From contig JBAZWO010000003.1 of the NCBI GenBank assembly GCA_041660305.1, positions 8,705 through 72,704 of the forward strand: 64,000 nt of DNA, in the 5' to 3' direction. The translations under genes and the position numbers were made by a program. The notes under the pieces were generated by a model. That model saw only the letters and a program-made list of their open reading frames with translations. It was not told the origin of the DNA and made no database searches. The DNA is from Patescibacteria group bacterium. GTDB taxonomy: Bacteria; Patescibacteriota; Patescibacteriia; UBA9570. Within the stretch, counting starts at the first letter, position 1. Every line of letters begins with the position of its first letter. This document shows, piece by piece, positions 46,987 to 55,332 of the stretch.

Positions 46987-48093
46987 TCAACGCACAGACA
47001 AAGATTCTGCTGTGTAGGTAATGTTTTTTGGTAGAATAGTTAAACTTTTAGTGTGACTGGCCTGCACGTAACCAGCGTCAATGGCTTTGATGTTATTTTT
47101 AGAGCAAATAGCCAAAACGGCTTGAACATTATCTGGAGCAATGTATAAGGCAAAGCCGGTTCCCATATTAAATGTTCCATACATTTCTTTGTCATTCAGG
47201 CTGGATTTTTCTTGAATAAAATTAAATATTGGTAATGGTTCGAATATATTTTCAAGCACATAGGCAAATGGTTCAACTGCTCGCATAATTTTTCTTAAAC
47301 CGTGGCCAGTGATATGTGAAACGTAATGTAATGCAATATTGTTAGCGATGCAATCTTTGAGAATTGGCACGTAGATAATACTAGCATCAAGCACGGCTTC
47401 TCCAAACATTCTGCCGTCAGACAACTTAGTTTGATATCCCTCTGGTATTTCAGATGCAATTTTACGGCACAAACTAGCTCCATTAGCATGGATGCCAGAG
47501 CTTTCCAATAATATTATTCTATCCCCAGCTTGTAGATTGGTAGAACGAATGATGTTCTTTTTATCTTGAATAATGCCGGTAGCCGAACCAGATAATAACA
47601 CCGTATCTTTTTGTACAATGTCTTTAAGAGTTGGTGTTTCTCCACCGGCCCAAACTGCCGAAGATAAATCACAGCCTTTTTTCCAACCAGCTACTAAATC
47701 TTTTTGTCTTTGGTTGTCTGCAAACCAGTGTGAATCACCCACTGCTAAATGCATTGCTAAAGACATAGGTAGAGCCCCCATAGTTATTAGATCATTTACA
47801 ATTGCTCCAACTGTGTCTATAGCAATATTATCGTAGTAGGATTTATTGGTTATCTTGTACATAGCATCTGCTATTAAATTCTTTGTGCCCAATGTTTCTT
47901 CCACATGAGCAATATACCCCATGTTTGTTTCTATCAAAAAAGCGCTTTCTCCACGACTAGCGGACACTTCTTTTAAGTGAAGATAATCAATATTGCCATC
48001 TGTTGTGGCTGCCGCTTGTTGAGCGGCTATTTTAAAGGGATCTAATAAATCATAATGTACACCACTGGATTTATAGTCAATTTTTTTCGTCAT
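46987..48093 (-). CDS. AIR-synthase-related (PurM-family) protein
   Basis: Collinear with PurM: LGTKN...IDTVGAIVNDLITMGA...GGETP...SSGIHANG...HITGHG...MYGTFNMGTGF. Confidence 0.6.
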   Translation of the reverse strand: MTKKIDYKSSGVHYDLLDPFKIAAQQAAATTDGNIDYLHLKEVSASRGESAFLIETNMGYIAHVEETLGTKNLIADAMYKITNKSYYDNIAIDTVGAIVNDLITMGALPMSLAMHLAVGDSHWFADNQRQKDLVAGWKKGCDLSSAVWAGGETPTLKDIVQKDTVLLSGSATGIIQDKKNIIRSTNLQAGDRIILLESSGIHANGASLCRKIASEIPEGYQTKLSDGRMFGEAVLDASIIYVPILKDCIANNIALHYVSHITGHGLRKIMRAVEPFAYVLENIFEPLPIFNFIQEKSSLNDKEMYGTFNMGTGFALYIAPDNVQAVLAICSKNNIKAIDAGYVQASHTKSLTILPKNITYTAESLSVR

Positions 48094-48206
48094 AAGGCTT
48101 CATATTATGTTAAATTTTATTAAAATTCATTATAGCAAAAAACATCAACTAAGTCTTGGTGGACTTGACCAACTTTATGTTTTACGATAGTGTAGATTAC
48201 GCTTTC

Positions 48207-48280
48207 GGCCCGTTCGTCTAATGGTTAGGACATCAGGTTTTTCCGCCAGAGGCGGATCCGCCTCTGGCGGACAACCTGTA
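48207..48280 (+). pseudogene. 5' fragment of tRNA-Glu (acceptor 5' strand through the anticodon stem) with a 30-nt perfect palindrome inside the anticodon
   Basis: 48207-48241 and 48272-48280 are identical to 48551-48585 and 48586-48594 of the intact tRNA-Glu. They are interrupted by TCCGCCAGAGGCGGA|TCCGCCTCTGGCGGA (48242-48271). No T-arm follows. Confidence 0.6.
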
Positions 48281-48287
48281 TATATGT

Positions 48288-48542
48288 ATGCATTATCTCT
48301 ACATTTTACAAAGCTTGCGTGATAATGGTTATTACATTGGCATTACGGAAAACATTGAACAGCGTTTAAAAGCGCATAATGCTGGTAAAACAAAATCACT
48401 TCTTGCTCGCTTGCCAGTTGTCTTGAAACATATTGAAAAATATGATACTACAACTGAAGCGAGAAAAAGAGAAATTCAGCTTAAAAAGAATTATCAATTG
48501 CGTAAGCAATTATTAACTCAATTAGGCTTTGTGCTAAAATAA
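48288..48542 (+). CDS. Small GIY-YIG nuclease-family protein
   Basis: YLYILQSLRDNGYYIGITENIEQRLKAHN...R..E..LK is the GIY-YIG core (GIY ... YIG ... R ... E). Confidence 0.85.
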   Translation: MHYLYILQSLRDNGYYIGITENIEQRLKAHNAGKTKSLLARLPVVLKHIEKYDTTTEARKREIQLKKNYQLRKQLLTQLGFVLK

Positions 48543-48550
48543 CTTTATAT

Positions 48551-48622
48551 GGCCCGTTCGTCTAATGGTTAGGACATCAGGTTTTCAACCTGTAAACGGG
48601 GGTTCAATTCCCCCACGGGCTA
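48551..48622 (+). tRNA. tRNA-Glu (anticodon TTC), intact
   Basis: Acceptor GGCCCGT/ACGGGCT, D-arm GTCT-AATGGTTA-GGAC, anticodon stem TCAGG/CCTGT with loop TTTTCAA, T-arm GGGGG-TTCAATT-CCCCC. Confidence 0.9.
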
Positions 48623-48656
48623 CTAATAATTACAGTGTTCTAAAATGTCCACAGTT

Positions 48657-48741
48657 GGGGTTCTCCGCCTGAGGCGTCAGCCTGAGGCTGATCCGCCTTA
48701 GGGGGAGATCCGCCATTCGGCGGAAATTCCCCCACGGGCTA
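48657..48741 (+). pseudogene. 3' fragment of tRNA-Glu (T-arm + acceptor 3' strand) with a ~61-nt insertion of TCCGCC...GGCGGA-type hairpin modules in the T-loop
   Basis: GGGGTTC + [48664-48724 insert] + AATTCCCCCACGGGCTA, versus GGGGGTTCAATTCCCCCACGGGCTA in the intact gene. Confidence 0.55.
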
Positions 48742-48812
48742 CTGATATACTTTTAGTTAAAAAACACGGGTGCATTTTTGGCAAAACAGTTTTATCTTGT
48801 ATACTTAATAAC

Positions 48813-51020
48813 ATGGTAGAAGGAGGCGAACGTTTATTGCGTAACAATGAATGGATGCATGATTATGCTAAGTTTTTAATTAACGGCTTAAAGCAACAGC
48901 CAGCGTTTTCAACTGAACAACTTATTACTTTAGTTAATCAAACTAATATAGAAATCGATCAACGCTTCAATGATCAAGCCGATCAAGCGCGCTTGGTTTT
49001 TGTTCAGGAGTTTACTCAAGCCACAGTTCAGGCTACACGAGAAAATTTAGAGCAAGCATGCACATTATTATCGGTTGGGCCGGAAGTATTAACTATGTCA
49101 AACGGCATGTTAGCACGGCTGCCTATTGTAGATCAGTTACAATGTGTGGTTGAGATATTTAATAATACTGCGCTTGAACGGTGGCATGAACCAATGAATA
49201 ATCATTTATTGAATAAGCTTGATCTGGCTACGGATACTAGTTTAGAACAAGTTGTGACTGCTACGTTAGAACAACCGTTAGGCGAAACTTTGCCAGTACT
49301 TTGTGCCTTGGAACGTTTGTTGGAATCTGCCCAACCAGCCGAACGGCCATCCCTATATAAGATAATTAATTCTATTGCGGAACGGTCAGACCAGGCTTTT
49401 TTACGCTATGCCTGTGCTACTTTGCAACCGCAATTAGTGGAAGAAGAGCAACCAGTTGATCTGTTAATGATGCAACCAGATCAATCGACTAGGGTATCTT
49501 CAGATTACGTGGCTTTACTGGGTGATTATAATATAATTCGCGGTTTAGCACCTGAATTAGATTCTGTTCGGCATTATCAAGATGTGGAAGATATCATGCA
49601 AGATCCTATGGTATTACCATTTCAAGGCACAATTGATAGTGCTGAAATAGCTAACGTATTTACCTATCTGCATCGACCAAAGATGCGCTATTATCTTGAA
49701 CAAACGCTTCATTTGCGACTAGACCAATTATCGTTACGCAGTCAAATCCAATTATTAAATTACCTTACTGCTAGCGAATCTAACGTTGGCACTTTTGAAG
49801 CAACCGCAACTAAACCAGAATTAAACACGCAACAGTTTGCCGAAAGTTTTTTTGCTGCTACGGAACAACCGCAGCTGGCGGATCAATTATTGCATTTTGC
49901 GCAAACGTTTCCAGCTGAGCAGGTTAATACAGTACTGCAACACTATTTAGCCATCATTTCTGAATTAAACAATGTTGAACAGCGTATTCACGATTTTTTT
50001 GTTTCACCTGGGCAAGCCGATACGGTTGATACTAGAATAGTAGTACAAGAAACATTACGGCGAGCTAATCGTGTTTTACAATCTGCTATATGCGCTGATC
50101 AAACTATAAACTTTCAAGAATTACAGAAAAATTTGACAGCGATTAAAAAAGACGCGATTATTTTTGGTGCAATGTGTTGGGCAGTGCTACGACATCAGCC
50201 AGAAGTAACCTTAGAACAACTACGTGATTTTTCGGTTGAACAACTAGCATATACTGAATTATCCGAGGAGTATAAAAAATCTATGCTTGCTATTTCAAGC
50301 GATAATCATCCAGATACGCCAAATACTGTAGAGGGACTAGCAAACATTCTATCTCCCAAAACTGCAACTGAAACAACTCTTGCTCAACGTAATCGTTTTA
50401 TTTTTGTGAAACATAAGAATAAGATAGTTTCTTTCATTCGTATTGAAAATCGTGGTTCTGAACAATATCTTGCTAGTTTTAATGTTGACAAAACGTTACG
50501 TGGCTCTGGAATTGGTGAGCAGTTAGGATTATTTGCTTTAGAAGGATTAAGACAAGATCCAACTGTGCAATTAATTTCAGCTGATGTCTTTCCTTTACAA
50601 CAACCTATTATTCGGTATATGCGAGCAGGTTTTGTTGGAATGCATTTTACTATTGATCCTACAGCAAAAGGGAAGGAAGCTGCTTGGATTGAGATGAAGC
50701 TAACACAATCCCCTAATGCATATAATTTACAAAAGAAAACGATCCAGGAATTATTAGCTTTAGCTGAACAGCAGCATCAAATTGATGATTATACTACCTT
50801 AGCCAAACGACAGGAACCGACTATTGTGCTGCTGCTTGATTTGACGCAATCAGTTGCTTCGCTAAATTCAATCTTCCAAACACTCTTAAATCATAAGCCT
50901 CAACCTTATTGTTTAACTCGTTATGAATGTTTGGATCGAACCTGTTCTAAGCGTCTGGCAGGATTTGAAATTAAAGATGTTGCCATACAAACTCAAACAG
51001 CTTCTTCTGTTGCCGCGTAA
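48813..51020 (+). CDS. Large hypothetical protein with a C-terminal GNAT acetyltransferase-like domain
   Basis: Residues ~540-640: FIRIENRGSEQYLASFNVDKTLRGSGIGEQLGLFAL is a GNAT motif A-like R-G-x-G-I-G. The rest is uncharacterised. Confidence 0.5.
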   Translation: MVEGGERLLRNNEWMHDYAKFLINGLKQQPAFSTEQLITLVNQTNIEIDQRFNDQADQARLVFVQEFTQATVQATRENLEQACTLLSVGPEVLTMSNGMLARLPIVDQLQCVVEIFNNTALERWHEPMNNHLLNKLDLATDTSLEQVVTATLEQPLGETLPVLCALERLLESAQPAERPSLYKIINSIAERSDQAFLRYACATLQPQLVEEEQPVDLLMMQPDQSTRVSSDYVALLGDYNIIRGLAPELDSVRHYQDVEDIMQDPMVLPFQGTIDSAEIANVFTYLHRPKMRYYLEQTLHLRLDQLSLRSQIQLLNYLTASESNVGTFEATATKPELNTQQFAESFFAATEQPQLADQLLHFAQTFPAEQVNTVLQHYLAIISELNNVEQRIHDFFVSPGQADTVDTRIVVQETLRRANRVLQSAICADQTINFQELQKNLTAIKKDAIIFGAMCWAVLRHQPEVTLEQLRDFSVEQLAYTELSEEYKKSMLAISSDNHPDTPNTVEGLANILSPKTATETTLAQRNRFIFVKHKNKIVSFIRIENRGSEQYLASFNVDKTLRGSGIGEQLGLFALEGLRQDPTVQLISADVFPLQQPIIRYMRAGFVGMHFTIDPTAKGKEAAWIEMKLTQSPNAYNLQKKTIQELLALAEQQHQIDDYTTLAKRQEPTIVLLLDLTQSVASLNSIFQTLLNHKPQPYCLTRYECLDRTCSKRLAGFEIKDVAIQTQTASSVAA

Positions 51021-51723
51021 CACCTGGATGAGAAATAACAAAAGCCATTAGATGATCTTGATGGACTGTTAAATATGATATAGTATCATCATAAATTTCC
51101 ATGGCTATATCAAACTGATACTTATTGGCTGGTAAAAATTTTATTTTAGTAAAAGCATTAACAGTTTCTGTGTTAACTGTATGGGCAGCTGGGGTATCTA
51201 CCATAATAATTTTTTTGTGAATTCGACGTTTTAATCTTTCCATTACATATTCTTGATTCATCTGTTTACCATATTGCTGAATAATATCCTCATTTACATA
51301 CGTATAAATAGTATCGTGTGTTTTAAGCGAATCGTATAAGGCTTGCTTCAGGCCAGCTTCGCCTTCAAAGAATTGAATACCAGGTTTGCCAATGGAGATA
51401 TTATATAATCCTGTTAATTGTTCGATGTGCTTTTGTATATCGTGAGCAATTAATTCGGCTTCTTGTTTTTTCTTTTCAGCAACCATCATTAAAGCATGTG
51501 GATGAGTGATTTGATAAAACACCGATCGGCCGGCTTTTTTATATTCAACCAAACCTTGTTTTTCTAACGCATGCAGCGCTTCATAAACCGTTACTCGGCT
51601 AAACCGAGATTTATTAATCAAACGAGTAACATCAATCTTGCCTGCCTGGCAAAGCAGTAAGTAAATTTCAATGTCCGTAGTAGTAAATCCGCAAGCGTTA
51701 AGAGTTTGTTCAATCGAAGGCAT
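50971..51723 (-). CDS. TrmB-family transcriptional regulator (paralog 4)
   Basis: FTTTDIEIYLLLCQAGKIDVTRLINKSRFSRVTVYEALHALEKQGLV and the shared motif FFEGEAGLKQALYDSLKT. Confidence 0.75.
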   Translation of the reverse strand: MPSIEQTLNACGFTTTDIEIYLLLCQAGKIDVTRLINKSRFSRVTVYEALHALEKQGLVEYKKAGRSVFYQITHPHALMMVAEKKKQEAELIAHDIQKHIEQLTGLYNISIGKPGIQFFEGEAGLKQALYDSLKTHDTIYTYVNEDIIQQYGKQMNQEYVMERLKRRIHKKIIMVDTPAAHTVNTETVNAFTKIKFLPANKYQFDIAMEIYDDTISYLTVHQDHLMAFVISHPGVTRQQKKLFEFVWQHL

Positions 51724-51967
51724 TACATTATAATAGCATATTTATATGTATAGTCAATGATATACATATTAAGTATTTCATTTATTGCTTGTAATATAAT
51801 ACTATAAATGTAGTATATTTTTAATATATATAGAATAATTTGACATATAAATATTACGCATTACACTGGTCAAGCTTCAGCAACCAAGCCTATATGTTCT
51901 GAAATCACTTGCAGTTGGGCGAGTGACTAAGACGTAGCAGGCTGCCAACCCTAGAAAGGAGGTTGTT

Positions 51968-52702
51968 ATGAAGCGGTTTGTAGTGTTCTTTTTTGTCATG
52001 TTTTTTGTTAGTGGCTGTGAAGATCCGTGTGAAAAAACGTTGAAGATGTACGGACTTTCAGCTCAAGCGGCAGAGGAAGCCTGTAACGATGATGGTCTTC
52101 CTCTATACACCGAGGGAGACCCTGTGAATCATTACATGCCAGTACCAAATGCGGACTCCAGGTTTTTTCTTTGGGACAAGCCGGGTACGCCTGCCCCCGA
52201 CCCTTCGGGTGGATATGACGTTTATACGATGGACTATTACCCTGACGGGGTTGAATCGGCGTATTGCCGTTTGATGGTTAGTGGACAGCTTTCGGCTTTT
52301 ATCGCATACTATCGTACCAACACAATGTACGTCAATTTTTGGCGGTGGTATCTGTACAATGATAGTAATCAGTTTGTTGAGCAGATAGCTGACACCTATC
52401 TGCAAAAAAACCCAGAAACAGGCAGTTATACTGAGTGGTACGCTGGGGTTCTTAGTGACCTTAGTTGGGAAGACGATGTTGATGGATGGTCGTACTCTCA
52501 GTGGGTGATGGAGCCGGTTTTTTATTATCCAACAGGTCTACTGGCAACAGCAATGGCACTATTCGAATATAACGACGTCCCAGAGGATGAGGACATGAAT
52601 ATGAGGCTTTGGATGTGGTCAACAGTTTCTCCAGAGCCGCCCATCTATGATGGGCAGAACACTTCAGAGTGTCTACAACAAGTTATCGACGGCCAATTGT
52701 AG
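51968..52702 (+). CDS. Lipoprotein of unknown function (G+C-rich patch)
   Basis: MKRFVVFFFVMFFVSGC lipobox. Strong RBS AAAGGAGG. Trp/Tyr-rich mature part. Confidence 0.5.
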   Translation: MKRFVVFFFVMFFVSGCEDPCEKTLKMYGLSAQAAEEACNDDGLPLYTEGDPVNHYMPVPNADSRFFLWDKPGTPAPDPSGGYDVYTMDYYPDGVESAYCRLMVSGQLSAFIAYYRTNTMYVNFWRWYLYNDSNQFVEQIADTYLQKNPETGSYTEWYAGVLSDLSWEDDVDGWSYSQWVMEPVFYYPTGLLATAMALFEYNDVPEDEDMNMRLWMWSTVSPEPPIYDGQNTSECLQQVIDGQL

Positions 52703-52723
52703 AAGCGTCGGGCACAGGAGGAG

Positions 52724-52758
52724 ATCGGGTAGCGCTTCAGATAGGCTGCCCGATTTTT
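52724..52758 (+). terminator. Rho-independent terminator
   Basis: ATCGGGTAGC-loop-GCTGCCCGAT followed by T5. Confidence 0.6.
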
Positions 52759-52802
52759 ATTTTGCCTTGTCATATTATTAGCACCTGGAGTATAATATTA
52801 TT

Positions 52803-53333
52803 ATGATACTTACAAACACAAACAAAGCCCAATTTAAAAATAAAATTAAGGATTTAGAGCAAGAAGAATTTGATCATCCGGAAAACTTTTTTGCTAAAGC
52901 GCAGGCGGAAATTGCCGCGGCTGGACCAGTTTCAGAAAACAGTGTGCAACGCACCAGTGCTAGTGATGAAGTATGGATTAATACTTCGAATGATGATTAT
53001 GAAGGCCAGTTAGCGGTAGATGTGTATCAAGATGCTAAAAATTTATATGTGAAGGCTATTATTGGTGGCATTCGTCCAGAAGATATCGAGATTCATTTAA
53101 ATAATGATTTACTTACTGTTAAAGGCAAGCGCATCAAGCCCGATGCCGATGTGGCTCCGGAACAATACTATATTCAAGAATGCTTTTGGGGAGGATTCTC
53201 CCGATCAATTATACTGCCAGTCGATGTGCTAAGCGATCGAGTGGAAGCTACTATTGAACACGGCGTGTTATCGTTAACATTACCAAAATCCAAACGTCCA
53301 AAAAACACCCGTATTCCAATTAAAGTTAAATAA
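52803..53333 (+). CDS. Hsp20/alpha-crystallin small heat-shock protein
   Basis: The alpha-crystallin domain QLAVDVYQDAKNLYVKAIIGGIRPEDIEIHL...LTVKGKR...FSRSIILP...GVLSLTLPK. Confidence 0.85.
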   Translation: MILTNTNKAQFKNKIKDLEQEEFDHPENFFAKAQAEIAAAGPVSENSVQRTSASDEVWINTSNDDYEGQLAVDVYQDAKNLYVKAIIGGIRPEDIEIHLNNDLLTVKGKRIKPDADVAPEQYYIQECFWGGFSRSIILPVDVLSDRVEATIEHGVLSLTLPKSKRPKNTRIPIKVK

Positions 53334-53389
53334 ATCAGCTTACATTGCCTGCATTGCAGAAACCTTAGTAGCCGTGTTATCATGCTAAC

Positions 53390-55330
53390 ATGGCCACTAA
53401 AATTAAAGTAAACGCTCCTGTTAAAGATGAGCTTAAAAAAACTGTAAAAAAGTTTAATAAAACTGTTGGTTATGTTGTGTTAGTGTTAATAGTCTTATTA
53501 TTGCTTAGCGCTATAAGTGTTTTTGGCTATGAATACAATTATAAAAATAAAATTTATCCTGGCATTAAATTAAATGATATATCTGTATCTGGTAAAACTT
53601 ATGCTGAATTAGCCGATCAGGTTACTACTAAAAAAACTGCTCTGGAACAAGCTGGTTTAACTTTTATCTACCAAGATCACTCTGTTACCATTTCAGCTAA
53701 AACCACTGCCGCTGACGCACCGCCAATCTTAACTATTAACGTAGATGCTACTGTACAAACTGCTTATAATATTGGCCGCGCTAATACTACTAGCCAAAAC
53801 ATTATTACAAAAATGAAAACTTGGTGGTTCGGCAATGCTGTTCCATTGCAATATCAATTAGATCGTTCAGCTTTATTAGAACAATTGCAAAATGAATTCG
53901 CTGTTTATCCTACGCCATATACTAACGCTACGTTTAAGTTTTCTAAAGATCATAGTATTAATGTAGTAAATCATGAAGATGGTGCTATGTTTGTTTGGAA
54001 TAATGTTCTAAATAAAGTGGAAGAACAGCTAGCTGGTGGCCAAGTGGCTAATGTTAAATTAGAACTAGTTACCGATCCTGCTCCGGTAACCACGGAATTA
54101 GCTACCATACAAGAATCTGAAGCATTAACCGTAGCAAAATTAGCCCCCCTGACCTTAACTTACGAAGCTAATAAATTCACCGTTGCCCAAGATGAACTTG
54201 AATCATGGTTAATTCCTACCGAACCAGGCGTTGGCTTTAATACTGAAATAGTTACTGAATATTTAAATACGGTAGCTAGCGAAATTGACGTACCAGTAAA
54301 AGAAGGTAAATTTAGTTTAAATGTTAGTGGTGATGAAATAACCGTAAAACAATTCCAAGACGGTGAAGACGGCTTAACGTTAACAATCGATAAAACTATT
54401 ACCGCTTTAACTACGGCTGTACTAGAAAACCAACAATCTAATATAGCCTTAGTGGTAGAAGTAGCTAAACCACGCGTATCCCCTGATAATTTAAATGATT
54501 TAGGTATTAAAGAATTATTAGGTACCGGTGAAACCAGTTTTGCTGGCAGTCCTAGTAATCGAGTTTATAATATAAAAAAGGGAGCAGAAATGCTGAACGG
54601 CATTCTAATCACTCCTGATGAAACGTTTTCATTATTAAGTATTTTATCGCCTATTGATGAAGCTCATGATTGGAAGCCAGAACTAGTCATTAAAGATAAA
54701 AAATTAAAAGCGGAAGCTGGCGGCGGCTTGTGCCAAGTAGGCACTACTTCTTTCCGCGCCGCTATGTTGTCTGGCTTGCCGATTGTAGAGCGCCGTAATC
54801 ATACCTGGGCTGTGTCTTATTACAATTATAATGGTAAAGCCGGCGTAGACGCTACTATTTATGAACCGTCACCTGATTTTAAATTTAAAAATGATACCGG
54901 ACATTATATTTTATGGCGTAGCCGCGTAGAAGGTTCTAAATTATATTTTGAATTGTGGGGCACATCAGATGGCCGTAAAGGTTCATTCACTACCCCTACT
55001 AATTATAATTATGCGTCTCCTGGTGCTGCTGTTGAAACTATAGATCCATCTTTACCACCCGGCACGCGTAATTGCGATAGCCATGTTTTTACCGGTGTAA
55101 GCGCTTCGTTTGATTACACTATTGAACAACCTAATGGCACGGTAGATAAAACTACTTACACTAGTGTGTATAAGCCCCAAGCTGCTACTTGTACTGTTGG
55201 ACCAAAAGAAGAAGCTACCCCTCCTACTAATACCAACCAATCTAACAACAATACAAATTCATCCAAAAATTCCAACAAAAACACTAATACAAACAAAACA
55301 AATACTAATTCGTCTAATAAAAATTCCTAG
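53390..55330 (+). CDS. VanW-family protein with an N-terminal TM anchor and an N/S/T/K low-complexity tail
   Basis: VanW core GGGLCQVGTTSFRAAMLSGLPIVERRNHTWAVSYY. C-terminus NTNQSNNNTNSSKNSNKNTNTNK... Confidence 0.8.
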   Translation: MATKIKVNAPVKDELKKTVKKFNKTVGYVVLVLIVLLLLSAISVFGYEYNYKNKIYPGIKLNDISVSGKTYAELADQVTTKKTALEQAGLTFIYQDHSVTISAKTTAADAPPILTINVDATVQTAYNIGRANTTSQNIITKMKTWWFGNAVPLQYQLDRSALLEQLQNEFAVYPTPYTNATFKFSKDHSINVVNHEDGAMFVWNNVLNKVEEQLAGGQVANVKLELVTDPAPVTTELATIQESEALTVAKLAPLTLTYEANKFTVAQDELESWLIPTEPGVGFNTEIVTEYLNTVASEIDVPVKEGKFSLNVSGDEITVKQFQDGEDGLTLTIDKTITALTTAVLENQQSNIALVVEVAKPRVSPDNLNDLGIKELLGTGETSFAGSPSNRVYNIKKGAEMLNGILITPDETFSLLSILSPIDEAHDWKPELVIKDKKLKAEAGGGLCQVGTTSFRAAMLSGLPIVERRNHTWAVSYYNYNGKAGVDATIYEPSPDFKFKNDTGHYILWRSRVEGSKLYFELWGTSDGRKGSFTTPTNYNYASPGAAVETIDPSLPPGTRNCDSHVFTGVSASFDYTIEQPNGTVDKTTYTSVYKPQAATCTVGPKEEATPPTNTNQSNNNTNSSKNSNKNTNTNKTNTNSSNKNS

Positions 55331-55332
55331 TT

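Noticed and set aside
48242-48271. Reading the 30-nt palindrome in the tRNA-Glu 5' fragment as a tRNA intron (or the GIY-YIG region as a group I intron)
   Set aside because: The insertion lies between anticodon positions 35 and 36, not at the canonical 37/38 site. The fragment has no T-arm after the anticodon stem. The segment between the fragments contains a complete independent tRNA, and I see no group I intron core (P3-P7).
48242-48724. Possible CRISPR array (also considered for the 32.9-40 kb G/C-rich repeats)
   Set aside because: The repeats are hairpin modules either directly tandem (no spacers) or kilobases apart at gene ends. There is no regular repeat-spacer periodicity and there are no cas genes in the window.
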